Source of the DNA: Obrimoposthia wandeli
Lineage: Eukaryota
DNA: 64,000 bases
Direction of reading: 5' to 3'
Assembly: GCA_977020255.1 (NCBI GenBank)
Contig: CDROCS010000998.1
Coordinates: forward strand, 186,001 to 250,000
In this document: positions 19,810 to 29,501 of the stretch, piece by piece
How positions within the stretch are numbered: position 1 is the stretch's first letter
Layout: each line of letters starts with the position of its first letter
Notes under the pieces: model-generated
Seen by the model: only the letters and a program-made list of their open reading frames with translations
Told to the model about the DNA's origin: nothing
Database searches by the model: none
Translations under genes and position numbers: made by a program

Positions 19810-20487
19810 ATGAAACCAATGGCATATGCAGCATTTAATGCAGAGTTTACCGATAAAGACCGAGAGTTCCTGGTAACTTATTTTCGGCTTGCCGACACGA
19901 TTGCTGACTTCATTGGTCCTCATTGTGAAGTGGTAATCCACTCATTCGAAAGTTTTGAGAAGTCAGTCGTCAAGATCGTTAATGGGCACCATACTGGTCG
20001 TAAAGTTGGCTCACCGATCACGGATTTGGGATTAAAAATGCTCAGCCTGATCGAGAAAACAGGCGAAGTAACACCAAAGAGTTACTTCACTAACAGTAAA
20101 GATGGCTCTTTACTTAAATCAACAACTTGCGTGTTGGCTGGTGAAGATGGCAAACCGATAGGCTTGTTCTGTATCAATATGAACTTGTCCCATCCTTTTC
20201 CGGAAATAATTAAAACTCTCATGCCAGATATGGCGCATTCACATGTCGGCGTTAACGAGAATTTCAGTTCATCGGCAACAGATGTAATAGAACAAGCGCT
20301 TAACCATGCAGTGCTCGAAATTGACAGTGATGCATCGATCAACCAGAAGGGCCGAAACAAAGCAATTACTAAGTTATTGCTTGAAAACGGCATCTTTGAA
20401 CTAAAAGAGGCAACAGCGCTGGTTTCCGAACACCTTGGAATCACTCGCCATGCCATTTATAAATATATTCGCGAATTTAAAGCGTAA
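19810..20487 (+). CDS. YheO-like PAS + HTH transcriptional regulator
   Basis: GPHCEVVIHS, IVNGHHTGRKVGSPITDL, LKSTT, C-terminal GIFELK..LGITRHAIYKY. Confidence 0.92.
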   Translation: MKPMAYAAFNAEFTDKDREFLVTYFRLADTIADFIGPHCEVVIHSFESFEKSVVKIVNGHHTGRKVGSPITDLGLKMLSLIEKTGEVTPKSYFTNSKDGSLLKSTTCVLAGEDGKPIGLFCINMNLSHPFPEIIKTLMPDMAHSHVGVNENFSSSATDVIEQALNHAVLEIDSDASINQKGRNKAITKLLLENGIFELKEATALVSEHLGITRHAIYKYIREFKA

Positions 20488-20515
20488 TAATTGACTGAAA
20501 GATAAAGAGAAGATA

Positions 20516-20899
20516 ATGAAAACAAAAATCCATACAGATCTTGCACCTGCAGCAATTGGCCCTTATTCACAAGGTTTAGCTTTTAAAGATATGGTATTTA
20601 CATCTGGTCAATTACCACTAGATCCAAGCACCATGGCATTTGTTGAAGGTGGTATTAAAGAGCAAGCCCGTCAATCACTTGCAAACTTAAAAGCCGTGCT
20701 TGAAGAAAGTGGTGCTGGTTTAGATACCGTACTGAAAACAACATGTTTCCTTTCTGATATGGAAAACTTTGTCGCTTTCAACGAAGTGTACACTGAAGTA
20801 TTCGGAACAGAAGTTGCGCCAGCACGTTCATGTGTTGAAGCGGCACGTTTACCTAAAGATGCCTTGGTAGAAGTAGAAGCTATTGCTTTTATTAAATAA
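20516..20899 (+). CDS. ridA: RidA-family enamine/imine deaminase
   Basis: [30 protein letters not shown]. Confidence 0.95.
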   Translation: MKTKIHTDLAPAAIGPYSQGLAFKDMVFTSGQLPLDPSTMAFVEGGIKEQARQSLANLKAVLEESGAGLDTVLKTTCFLSDMENFVAFNEVYTEVFGTEVAPARSCVEAARLPKDALVEVEAIAFIK

Positions 20900-20959
20900 T
20901 TAGCCACGAGGCTACTTAGGTAGCCTTATTTTCTCGACCTTTCTTTCTGAGTAAACATC

Positions 20960-22141
20960 ATGCTTAACGTATCTAAAAACAGTTTTTATACTGGCCAAAC
21001 ATCGCCAATCTTTAATAAAAACATAGCTAAACAAGCTCGTGCGTTTCATAGCCAAATAGAAGGCTACAAACCTACACCTTTGGTTTCATTACCATTATTA
21101 GCTAAAAAGCTAGGTGTAAAGTCAATATTAGTGAAAGATGAATCTCACCGCTTTGGGCTAAATGCTTTTAAGGTACTAGGCGGTTCATACGCGCTAGGCC
21201 GTTTATTAGCTGAATACCTTAACATTGATATTACTGAAATTGATTTAAAAACAGTCTCTTCAAAATTAGACAAGCCACTGGTATTTACAACAGCAACCGC
21301 TGGTAATCACGGTACTGGTGTTGCTTGGGCTGCTCGAGAGATGGGTCAGAAAGCGGTTGTTTATATGCCAAAAGGGTCTTCACTCGTCAGCGCAGAGCGT
21401 ATACGTGGGCTAGGTGCTGAATGCATCATCACCGATGTAAACTACGATGACACAGTGCGATTGGCCAATAAAACAGCTCAAGAAAATAGCTGGATGCTAG
21501 TGCAAGATACCGCTTGGGAAGGTTACGATAAAATTCCAACGTGGATCTCACAGGGTTACATGACAATGGCAGATGAAGCCATTGATCAAGCTGCTGAAAT
21601 GCCTGAAGGTCAACCAACACATGTGCTTCTTCAAGCTGGTGTAGGTGCAATGGCCGGTGGCATCTTGGGCTATTTAGCTGACAGGCTAGGTGCTGATAAT
21701 TTCAAAACTATCATTGCTGAACCTGCTGTAGCTGATTGTATTTTCCGTTCTGGCACCAGTGAAGATGGCGCCATTGTTAATGTATCTGGTGATCTAAATT
21801 CAATCATGGCTGGCCTAGCATGTGGTGAGCCTAATCCTGTGACATGGCCAATTTTACGTGATTGTAGCGATCTATTTGTTTCTGTTGACGACAACGTTGC
21901 AGCAACAGGCATGCGTATTTTAGGCAACCCTCTAAAGGGTGATCAGGCAATTATCAGTGGCGAATCTGGTGCTATTACGATGGGACTACTTTACGTGCTA
22001 GCTAACCATCCTGAAGGACAGAAAATTGCACAAAGTATCGGGCTTGATCAAGATGCAGTCGTGATGATTTTCAGTACTGAAGGCGATACTAACGCTGATC
22101 GTTACCGTCAAATTGCTTGGGAAGGCATGTTGTCGCTTTAA
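20960..22141 (+). CDS. dpaL: diaminopropionate ammonia-lyase (PLP)
   Basis: VKDESHRFGLNAFKVLGGSYA, TAGNHG, VQDTAWEGY, QAGVGAMA, SIMAGLACGEP, SGESGA, STEGDT. Confidence 0.95.
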   Translation: MLNVSKNSFYTGQTSPIFNKNIAKQARAFHSQIEGYKPTPLVSLPLLAKKLGVKSILVKDESHRFGLNAFKVLGGSYALGRLLAEYLNIDITEIDLKTVSSKLDKPLVFTTATAGNHGTGVAWAAREMGQKAVVYMPKGSSLVSAERIRGLGAECIITDVNYDDTVRLANKTAQENSWMLVQDTAWEGYDKIPTWISQGYMTMADEAIDQAAEMPEGQPTHVLLQAGVGAMAGGILGYLADRLGADNFKTIIAEPAVADCIFRSGTSEDGAIVNVSGDLNSIMAGLACGEPNPVTWPILRDCSDLFVSVDDNVAATGMRILGNPLKGDQAIISGESGAITMGLLYVLANHPEGQKIAQSIGLDQDAVVMIFSTEGDTNADRYRQIAWEGMLSL

Positions 22142-22192
22142 TCATTAAAGCGCCCATATCTCTTTTTATAAAGCAGTGCTCCCTTTAATACG

Positions 22193-22227
22193 ATGCCAGT
22201 CAATTAAACATTGGCTGGCATTTTTTT
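22193..22227 (+). terminator. intrinsic terminator after dpaL
   Basis: ATGCCAGTCAAT-5nt-ATTGGCTGGCAT plus T-run. Confidence 0.8.
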
Positions 22228-22287
22228 AAACATATCTATACGACTTTTTTCAATCGCCATAAAGATAAGTACAGATAGCTCGATTAC

Positions 22288-22760
22288 TCATTTTTGGTGA
22301 CCAACTCTGCTTCTTTTGCATAACGATTTGCCAATATTGCGCAATAAAATATTTGAATCTGGTGATAAAACATAATCGGCAACAAGATCATACCAAATAC
22401 CATCTGCAACAGAATGATCAATTTTATTAATAATTGTTTTTCTTTTTTCGAGCATTTTTAATGCAATCGGTCGGCAAAGCTGCGCAACAATCATGGATAA
22501 TAACAACCATAATAAGGGGTACACAATAAACGTCGCGCTTTGCACAAAGATATGTAAACGCCAATTGCTAATACCTTGTTTGATCGCTTTTGGCGATAAA
22601 CCTACACCGTGTAAAAAGAAGATTAAAGCAATACCTAAACCTGTAATAATATCAAGATGCAATAAACCACCCGATTGCCCTAATGACGGTAAGATAGCAG
22701 CCATATGAGTGAATAGTAGTTCTATTTTAAGTATGACTAACGTAATATAAAAGTCACCGA
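22288..22760 (-). pseudogene. degenerate bile acid:Na+ symporter-like (YfeH/SBF) remnant
   Basis: Recognisable N-terminal block (PSLGQSGGLLHLD..IALIFFLHGVGLS..NWRLH.FVQ..TFIVYPL) jumps to a mid-protein fragment (INKID..VADGIW). About half normal length, no credible start. Confidence 0.65.
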
Positions 22761-22853
22761 AGCTCGCCCCTTGGGAGCTCCTCTGGTCGCTCTGAATCAT
22801 GCATATTGAAGCGGTTTAAGTATATCTGGCTAGGGCTCAATATTGGAATTCAG

Positions 22854-24617
22854 ATGAAAAAATCTTCGGCTGCACAGGATGGTGGCCAGATCCCAGTAGC
22901 ATCATCTTTAAAACTGGCATTAACTGAGCTGGTAAAATTCTCACCCAGACGCGTCGCCGTGTTATTTATGCTAATGCTTTTTCAGGGGCTTACTGCGGGC
23001 GTTGGTTTATTGCTGTTCATCCCATTGCTCGGTGTACTGGATATCGGACTCGACAGTACAACAGGCATCAGTAAGTACTTTGTTCAAGCATTTGACTACC
23101 TGGGCATTGCGCCCAGCCTGTTGTTGATCTTAGTGAGTTATATCGTCGTCGTCTCTGCTGTCGCTTTTTGTCACTACCGAGTCTCGGTGCTTACAACCGC
23201 ACTGCAACAAAACTACATCTGCAATAAACGAAATCAGATTTATCGGGAACTGTTGGCCTGCCGCTGGCTATTTATTATTAACCGTCGTCAAGCAGAGTTA
23301 GTACATACACTCACCGTACAGGTACAACAGGCAGGCAATGCCTGTAGCCAAATGCTACAACTTCAGAGCCAGTTAACACTGGTCAGCGTTTATCTGCTAC
23401 TGGCCGTGATGCTGTCTTGGCAACTGACTGTGCTGACAATGGCTCTCGGACTACTGTTATTTGTGTTGCTCATCCCTACCAACCGACATGCGCTGGCATC
23501 CGGTAAAGCCCGGCAAAACGGATATAAGCAACTCTTCCATCAGATCAGTGAACAGCTTGATAATCTCAAAATCATTAAAAGTTTTGCCAGTGAACATCAG
23601 TTCTCAACATTGATGCTCAGCCACAGTCAGCAACTTGAACAGCAACAAACCCGGCTGGTTCAACTCAATGCCCGCACCAAACTGATTTATACCATCTCGG
23701 CGGTTGTTCTCTTCAGCCTGATTTTTTATCTATCACAACAATGGCTCGCGATCCCTGTCGCCACCTTACTCACCATGCTGTTGATATTTTCCCGGCTATT
23801 GCCGCAGATAGCGGCAATTCAAAGTAAGTTTCAGCAACTCTTACATCTCATACCAGCATTTGCAGACATCCAACAGCTCCAATATGACTGTCGCACTATG
23901 CAGGAAAATACCGAACCACAGCGCCCTGCAATAACCTTCGAAAAGCAGTTCCAACTGAAAAATATCAGTTTTCAGTACAGCTCGATGCAACCAAACGTGT
24001 TTAGCCAGTTATCGCTGAACATAAATAAAGGCGAAACCGTCGCGATTACAGGTCCTTCAGGGGTAGGAAAATCGACATTGGCAGACATCATCGCGGGCTT
24101 AATCACCCCGACTCAGGGGCAAATATACTGCGATGGAAAACCATTAACCGAACAGAATTTACTGAGCTGGCGACAATCGGTAGCTTATGTTACTCAGGAT
24201 ACATTACTGCTGAATGCCAGTATCAGAGAGAACCTGCGTTGGGTGAAACCACTGGCATCTGACCGCGAAATCTGGCTGGCACTTACTCAGGCGGCTGCCA
24301 CCGATTTTGTCCACCAGCAACCACAACAACTGGATACGGTGATCGGCGATAAAGGCATCCGTCTATCTGGCGGGGAACGACAGCGCCTGGCACTGGCTCG
24401 CGCCATCCTCAGTCAGCCACAACTGCTGATCCTCGATGAAGCCACCAGCGCGTTAGATCAGGCCAACGAAAACCACATTATTAATGTGTTACGTCAGTTA
24501 CAGGGGCAACTGACCATAGTGATCATTGCCCATAGCGAGCAAACCATCGTTCATGCGGATAAAAAGATAGTGCTATCGGATAACAATGCCAGCCCAATAG
24601 AGCTTACTTCGGCATAA
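22854..24617 (+). CDS. ABC transporter, fused permease/ATPase (lasso-peptide exporter D-like)
   Basis: 6 TM plus Walker A GPSGVGKST, LSGGERQR, ILDEATSALD. Track start 22806. Confidence 0.9.
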   Translation: MKKSSAAQDGGQIPVASSLKLALTELVKFSPRRVAVLFMLMLFQGLTAGVGLLLFIPLLGVLDIGLDSTTGISKYFVQAFDYLGIAPSLLLILVSYIVVVSAVAFCHYRVSVLTTALQQNYICNKRNQIYRELLACRWLFIINRRQAELVHTLTVQVQQAGNACSQMLQLQSQLTLVSVYLLLAVMLSWQLTVLTMALGLLLFVLLIPTNRHALASGKARQNGYKQLFHQISEQLDNLKIIKSFASEHQFSTLMLSHSQQLEQQQTRLVQLNARTKLIYTISAVVLFSLIFYLSQQWLAIPVATLLTMLLIFSRLLPQIAAIQSKFQQLLHLIPAFADIQQLQYDCRTMQENTEPQRPAITFEKQFQLKNISFQYSSMQPNVFSQLSLNINKGETVAITGPSGVGKSTLADIIAGLITPTQGQIYCDGKPLTEQNLLSWRQSVAYVTQDTLLLNASIRENLRWVKPLASDREIWLALTQAAATDFVHQQPQQLDTVIGDKGIRLSGGERQRLALARAILSQPQLLILDEATSALDQANENHIINVLRQLQGQLTIVIIAHSEQTIVHADKKIVLSDNNASPIELTSA

Positions 24618-24637
24618 TAATCCCCAAGCTACCTATT

Positions 24638-25840
24638 TCACTTTTCAGTTGACGACGATTGTTGTTGCCTGTTGGTATTGCGGCTACCATCAACCAAAAC
24701 GTGACGTCTGAACAGTGCAAGAGGTTTGGCAAACGTGTATAGCCAGCAAAACCGAGCAGGCAGCATTGGCAAGAACTGTATATCGAAAGCATTGATCCGG
24801 AACTTGGTACGAAATGCCAGTAAACCCTCCCAAACAGAATCACTGACAAACACATCCGGCAGAGTCTTTAGCTGATCAACAAAACTACGCCTGGTCAGTG
24901 TCGTGAGTTCCAGCTTATGCATCGAACGTTTAACAAAAAATCGAACCATCGCATCCTGAAACAAACCAGTCGAAAGCGAAACCGGCACCTCACAACCATA
25001 CACCCGTTGGCATAAATTTAATGCCACCAACAACGCTCGCTGCTGTTTCAACTCCCTCGCTAAGATCATTAAATCTGACCAATTAATGTCATTATTTTTT
25101 ATAATCAGCGCAATATCAACCAGCCATTTCAAACGGTGAAACTGGGTATGGGCACCATGCCAGCACAGATAAATAATATAGAAATTCAGGTTTTCATCGG
25201 TAAAGCTTTGCAGGCTTCGGTGGCTCACCGCATAGCGGGACAGCTTAGAATTTGCTACCGTAAGCCGGGAGTGTAGCTCTAATATCGTCCCGTCTTTATG
25301 ACTAAAGGTGAAATCTTTAGTCGCCAATCGCAGCCGATCAATGAAATACGGCGGAAAATCATCAAGAACGCTGGATGTAAAGCCAATGTCAGCAAGCGCA
25401 ACTCTGGCCCGCTCATAATGTTCCGGCTTAACCAGCATATCTATATCATGACTGTGCCTTAATGCCAGATCACCATAAAGCTGCTGAGCCAACTCAAACC
25501 CTTTAAAACTATAGACATCAATACCTGCATTATTAAAAGCCTGTTTAATACGTGCAGAATGCATAAACTGTTGTCGGGTTAGCTTTATCTGACGACGCTG
25601 CTTTTGCTCCAGATAGCGCTGAAATGCTTCCGACAATCCGACTAAATCCAGTGCTTTTAAATGCCGATACACACAAGGCCAGACCCGGTGTTGTTCCAGC
25701 AAGGCTTTAAAGCGGTCTTCATCAATCCCTTGCTGAAATCGCAACCGCACCTCGTGCAGTTTAACCGCATCAATGGTCGGTAAACTCAGACAACACAGCA
25801 ACTGTAATTCCTGACTGATCGTTTCCTTGGATATATCCAT
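24638..25840 (-). CDS. nucleotidyltransferase family protein (NTP_transf_5 type)
   Basis: FKG..LAQQLYG.LALRHSHDIDMLV, ILELH, HGAH..RLKWLVDI. Confidence 0.88.
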   Translation of the reverse strand: MDISKETISQELQLLCCLSLPTIDAVKLHEVRLRFQQGIDEDRFKALLEQHRVWPCVYRHLKALDLVGLSEAFQRYLEQKQRRQIKLTRQQFMHSARIKQAFNNAGIDVYSFKGFELAQQLYGDLALRHSHDIDMLVKPEHYERARVALADIGFTSSVLDDFPPYFIDRLRLATKDFTFSHKDGTILELHSRLTVANSKLSRYAVSHRSLQSFTDENLNFYIIYLCWHGAHTQFHRLKWLVDIALIIKNNDINWSDLMILARELKQQRALLVALNLCQRVYGCEVPVSLSTGLFQDAMVRFFVKRSMHKLELTTLTRRSFVDQLKTLPDVFVSDSVWEGLLAFRTKFRINAFDIQFLPMLPARFCWLYTFAKPLALFRRHVLVDGSRNTNRQQQSSSTEK

Positions 25841-25988
25841 CTAACATCCTGTTGTTGTTTTTTTTAAAAACAAAATCCCTTGCCTTACAACTGCAATTTA
25901 ACATATATGCTGCCGCTATATACCCAAGTGACCTCAAGATGCTCGTTTCAGCGAGAATTTGTTGGGCTCTATGCGGTATTACCTATTT

Positions 25989-26465
25989 TTAATGTTGAGA
26001 CTCCATTAAAAGATAAACGTCAGCGTCGCCAATTTCACAAAAACCCAAACTTTGATAAAGCTTTAAAGCCGGGTTATTTTTTTCAACGTGGATACGCACA
26101 CATTTTCCCAAACTGGCTGCTTTTGCTAAAATATCAACCAGCAGATCTCTTCCTATCCCTTTATTACGATATTGAGGAAGGAGGACAATATCGATAATCC
26201 GAATTTCATCCTCTCTCAAATCTGTGTACAACCTTCCAATTTCCTCTTTTTCCCAGAGAATAATCTCATACTTTGCATCTTCAAATTGTTGTTGATAATA
26301 CTGATGCTGCATATCAAATTGCATCTGTAAAAACTGATCAATTTGTTCTTGAGGCCATCCTGTCATTGCAAGCTCTTCCAAACGCGTGCTCGCATACACT
26401 TTTAACAGAAATGGCAGATCCTCAGGAAGAAAAATAGGTCGAAATTGAATTTCTGGGTAAAGCAT
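25989..26465 (-). CDS. GNAT N-acetyltransferase
   Basis: IIDIVLLPQYRNKGIG acetyl-CoA motif, LHV-like IHVEKNNPALKLYQSLGF. Confidence 0.93.
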   Translation of the reverse strand: MLYPEIQFRPIFLPEDLPFLLKVYASTRLEELAMTGWPQEQIDQFLQMQFDMQHQYYQQQFEDAKYEIILWEKEEIGRLYTDLREDEIRIIDIVLLPQYRNKGIGRDLLVDILAKAASLGKCVRIHVEKNNPALKLYQSLGFCEIGDADVYLLMESQH

Positions 26466-26468
26466 AAC

Positions 26469-26990
26469 TTAAGACCTCGATGGATATGTGCCGTCCAAGG
26501 CGATACAGAAGTTGACGACTGTATATGGTTGGCTATTTTCATGAGACTGGCCTTGTCCCGTACTTTGAATCGTTTCTGAACTCATGGCTGCCGGGTTGGT
26601 TGCCCCCTTCTTATAAAGGTAATTATCTGCCATCTTGGAAAGATACTGCCCCGCTGGATTCGTTTCTGTTCCCCCTGCCTTCACTGCTGTTACAGTGTGA
26701 TTGTGTGAGGGGAGGTTTTGTTGACTGAGTGGAATCACAGGATATCCATCTATCTCGGCCAGAGTGCGATAAGTTAACCCTGGGCCCCTTCTAGGGTTCA
26801 TGGGGCTTCTTCCCTGCAAATTAGGAAGGGCCATCGTCGATCTTCCATCTCCCCCATAATAGTTTGAAATAACGCTGAACAAAATTGAGTGCTGGCTAAT
26901 GGAAAGTAATGCACCATCGCAAAAAGCCCAACCACGAGGCGCATAATCACAAGTAAACATTCGAATTTCACCGACATAAGGTTCGGCCAT
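26469..26990 (-). CDS. phage tail-collar domain protein (MdpB-like), copy 3
   Basis: PYVGEIRMF..APRGWAFCDG..YGGDG..LPNLQGR; LPSHNH; C-terminal HEN.QPY.VVNFCIAL.G.YPSR. Confidence 0.9.
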   Translation of the reverse strand: MAEPYVGEIRMFTCDYAPRGWAFCDGALLSISQHSILFSVISNYYGGDGRSTMALPNLQGRSPMNPRRGPGLTYRTLAEIDGYPVIPLSQQNLPSHNHTVTAVKAGGTETNPAGQYLSKMADNYLYKKGATNPAAMSSETIQSTGQGQSHENSQPYTVVNFCIALDGTYPSRS

Positions 26991-27000
26991 AATAATCTCC

Positions 27001-27540
27001 TTAAGTGCGAGAGGGATAATTCCCTTTCAAAGCAATGATAAAATTAACGCACAAGCTGGGCATTAAATTACCGTGCGCCTCATTTCCCCCTGTATTCAAC
27101 ACCGCTTGCGACACATCGTTATCGGCTAACTCCATATTTTTAGTTGAATCACTACTTTGGGGACCATAGGCATTTACACTCGGTGTTGCCAAAGCGTGTC
27201 CCACCGGAACAGTATTATCTGCCGCTGCACTCGATGCCATTAACCCATGAGTGTGGGCGGGAATTTGATCCTTCGAGAGCGTCGCTTGTTCATCTCCAAA
27301 GCGGGCTCCGATAGGACGGGACATAAGCCCAGGGCCGGTTCCGTAATGCATAGGAAGGCGCCCACGCAAGTCGGGAAGACCAAAGGTCGTTCTTCCATCT
27401 CCTCCATATAAAGTATTGAGTAGAGAGAAAAGGGATTGATTCTGGGAAACATTCAACAACTCGCCATCACAAAATGCCCAGTTTCTCGGGGCGAAATTTC
27501 CAGCAAACATGCGAATTTCGCCTATAAAGGGTTCGGTCAT
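27001..27540 (-). CDS. phage tail-collar domain protein (MdpB-like), copy 2
   Basis: PFIGEIRMFAGNFAPRNWAFCDG..LPDLRGR; IPAHTH; HGNLMP.LCVNFII. Confidence 0.92.
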   Translation of the reverse strand: MTEPFIGEIRMFAGNFAPRNWAFCDGELLNVSQNQSLFSLLNTLYGGDGRTTFGLPDLRGRLPMHYGTGPGLMSRPIGARFGDEQATLSKDQIPAHTHGLMASSAAADNTVPVGHALATPSVNAYGPQSSDSTKNMELADNDVSQAVLNTGGNEAHGNLMPSLCVNFIIALKGNYPSRT

Positions 27541-27549
27541 AAATACTCC

Positions 27550-28089
27550 TTAATTTCTTGGGGGGAATAGCCCCTCGGTTGCGATGATAAAATTAATTAC
27601 CTGAACAGGCTGCATGTTGTTGTGAGCAAGATTGCCCCCTGTGTTACTGATCGAGTCGCCTGCCATAGCAACCGAAGGGGTTTTATTATTATACAATGGG
27701 CGCAGTTCTCCCTGTGCATTTTCCACTTGTGTAGCGAGTAGAGGGACTTTCACTGGACTGTAAGCATCAGCGTTGTCTTGTGAAGCCATTAGGTTGTGAG
27801 TATGCTCTGGAAGCTCTGTTTGGCTCAGGGTAACCTCCTCCACTCCACCCTTATCTCCCATAGAATAATGCCACTGGTTAGCAAGAGCTCCTTGATGAAC
27901 TGGGACTCTTCCTTTCATGTCGGGGAGTGCAAAGGTTGAAATACCATCTCCACCATACTTGTTGCCGATAATGGCAAACAATGTTTGGTGTTGACTGATA
28001 GGGAGGATAGCCCCATCACACTGGGCCCAGCCACGAGGAGCAAAGTTAAAGCCCACCATCGTGATTTGGCCTATATAGGGTTCAGCCAT
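27550..28089 (-). CDS. phage tail-collar domain protein (MdpB-like), copy 1
   Basis: PYIGQITMVGFNFAPRGWAQCDG..LPDMKGR; LPEHTH; HNNMQP.QVINFII. Confidence 0.92.
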   Translation of the reverse strand: MAEPYIGQITMVGFNFAPRGWAQCDGAILPISQHQTLFAIIGNKYGGDGISTFALPDMKGRVPVHQGALANQWHYSMGDKGGVEEVTLSQTELPEHTHNLMASQDNADAYSPVKVPLLATQVENAQGELRPLYNNKTPSVAMAGDSISNTGGNLAHNNMQPVQVINFIIATEGLFPPRN

Positions 28090-28330
28090 ATTATATCTCC
28101 TTTATATTGACTATTAACAATAGTCACTTTAACTAATTAGTATCTATTTTAATTTTCAACGGGAGTTATTGGCATTATCAACAATAATACGCCTTAATTA
28201 ATAATAAATATCTTAACTCCATTTATTTGTAGTCTATTTAAAATAAATTACAATAAAACTAAAAACCTCAACGCTTTTCTTGTTATATTAATTAACAAAC
28301 AATCATACCTATTGGTTTAAACTCGACTTG

Positions 28331-28361
28331 TTACAGTTAATATGACCATTTATGTGATCAG
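28331..28361. repeat. 31-bp direct repeat, copy 1 (upstream of tail-collar operon)
   Basis: TTACAGTTAATATGACCATTTATGTGATCAG; 27/31 identical to 29011-29041. Confidence 0.75.
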
Positions 28362-28502
28362 ATAACACAATTTAATTATTTCGTTATGACGCAAATGTGG
28401 TAGCAGTCACAGTATTAACTGTATTTAAAATGATTCGGCTTAATCTTTATCAACTAAACTCGATATTTGTTACGTTTATGATATCACTCCAACTCTGGTT
28501 AA

Positions 28503-28814
28503 TTAATCCATTCGCTTATAGTTAATAATTGCTTCATATTTATAATGCTGCTCGTCTTCACCCACCGGGACGATAAACAAGGAAAATTGACTTTCTTTTT
28601 CCTTACTTTCCATCGACCAGTTTCCTTGCCTTAAGCGGAAATGATTCTTATTACCATGAAATAAAAGAGAAAAACTCTCAACATTGTTACCGAGGTTTTT
28701 TTTATCCGATACTTCCACTAGTCTTAGCGGTAAGGGGGGTTGTTCCGGGTCATAGCAGACGTCAAAAACCTCATTGTGGGCACTAACAAATTTTTTGTGA
28801 TTGAATTCTTTCAT
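28503..28814 (-). CDS. small hypothetical protein resembling DUF6916 family
   Basis: L.LVEV..ESFSLLFHG..L.QG..F.LFIVPVG..Y.YEAI.N pattern, typical of the small gene found beside tail-collar/GNAT cassettes. Family name from recall, not a search. Confidence 0.65.
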   Translation of the reverse strand: MKEFNHKKFVSAHNEVFDVCYDPEQPPLPLRLVEVSDKKNLGNNVESFSLLFHGNKNHFRLRQGNWSMESKEKESQFSLFIVPVGEDEQHYKYEAIINYKRMD

Positions 28815-29010
28815 ATATCCTTCCTTATCTTTATCTCTTTCAAGCTTATTAAGCCAAAATACACAAGGCCAATTTAATTACGAGTAACACCTTAACTTTC
28901 TTTATTTTTAGACTATTTAAAGCAAGTTTCAATAAGATTGTGGGTGTTCTATGGCTGGTTTGGTTATATTAACTAAATGATAATTAGGCGGCCTAATTTA
29001 AATGATGATT

Positions 29011-29041
29011 TTGCAGTTGATATGACAATTCATGTGATCAG
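29011..29041. repeat. 31-bp direct repeat, copy 2 (upstream of DUF6916-like gene)
   Basis: TTGCAGTTGATATGACAATTCATGTGATCAG. Confidence 0.75.
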
Positions 29042-29066
29042 GCGACAATATTAAATTACGCATTTA

Positions 29067-29501
29067 TTATACCATATAGCGATCGATGACGTGATAGCAT
29101 GCGACGTCATTACCGCCAGTAAGATAAGCATCACCAAGCATCAACCAAGCATGGGCTTTATATTCGCTAGTTGTTTTGTTGACCCCGATATAAACAATGC
29201 CAGCCATTTTCCGCCTTCTCAGCATACTTTGGGCTGCCATCGCCTGCGCCAGGCATTTGCATTGCCATGGCAGGTATTTGGCAACAAGACGTACAGCCCG
29301 GCCTATCTGCTTCGCTTTCTGTGGGCACTGAACTAAGGGATCATCGTCATCCAAATTTTGCTGCCCTAGCATACGGGTTTGCACTGGGTAACGGGCAAAA
29401 AGAATAAGCAGCCGAGCTAGGGCCAACCAGCAACTTGCCTCAACGAGAATAAATCGCTGGTTGGAGCGGACGAGCTTGAAAAATAAGACTAAGTACCTCA
29501 T
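29067..29501 (-). CDS. lasso peptide leader peptidase B2 (transglutaminase-like)
   Basis: KCLAQAMA (Cys), .GV......AHAWL (His); overlaps B1 stop. Confidence 0.92.
   Translation of the reverse strand: MRYLVLFFKLVRSNQRFILVEASCWLALARLLILFARYPVQTRMLGQQNLDDDDPLVQCPQKAKQIGRAVRLVAKYLPWQCKCLAQAMAAQSMLRRRKMAGIVYIGVNKTTSEYKAHAWLMLGDAYLTGGNDVACYHVIDRYMV

Noticed and set aside
26469-28089. Prophage or tailocin, or a link to microcystin
   Set aside because: No capsid, terminase, sheath, tube, baseplate, lysis or integrase genes. The MdpB label is historical and there is no NRPS/PKS here.
28351-28370. CRP site within the duplicated element (TGTGA)
   Set aside because: The second half-site is absent or mis-spaced in both copies.
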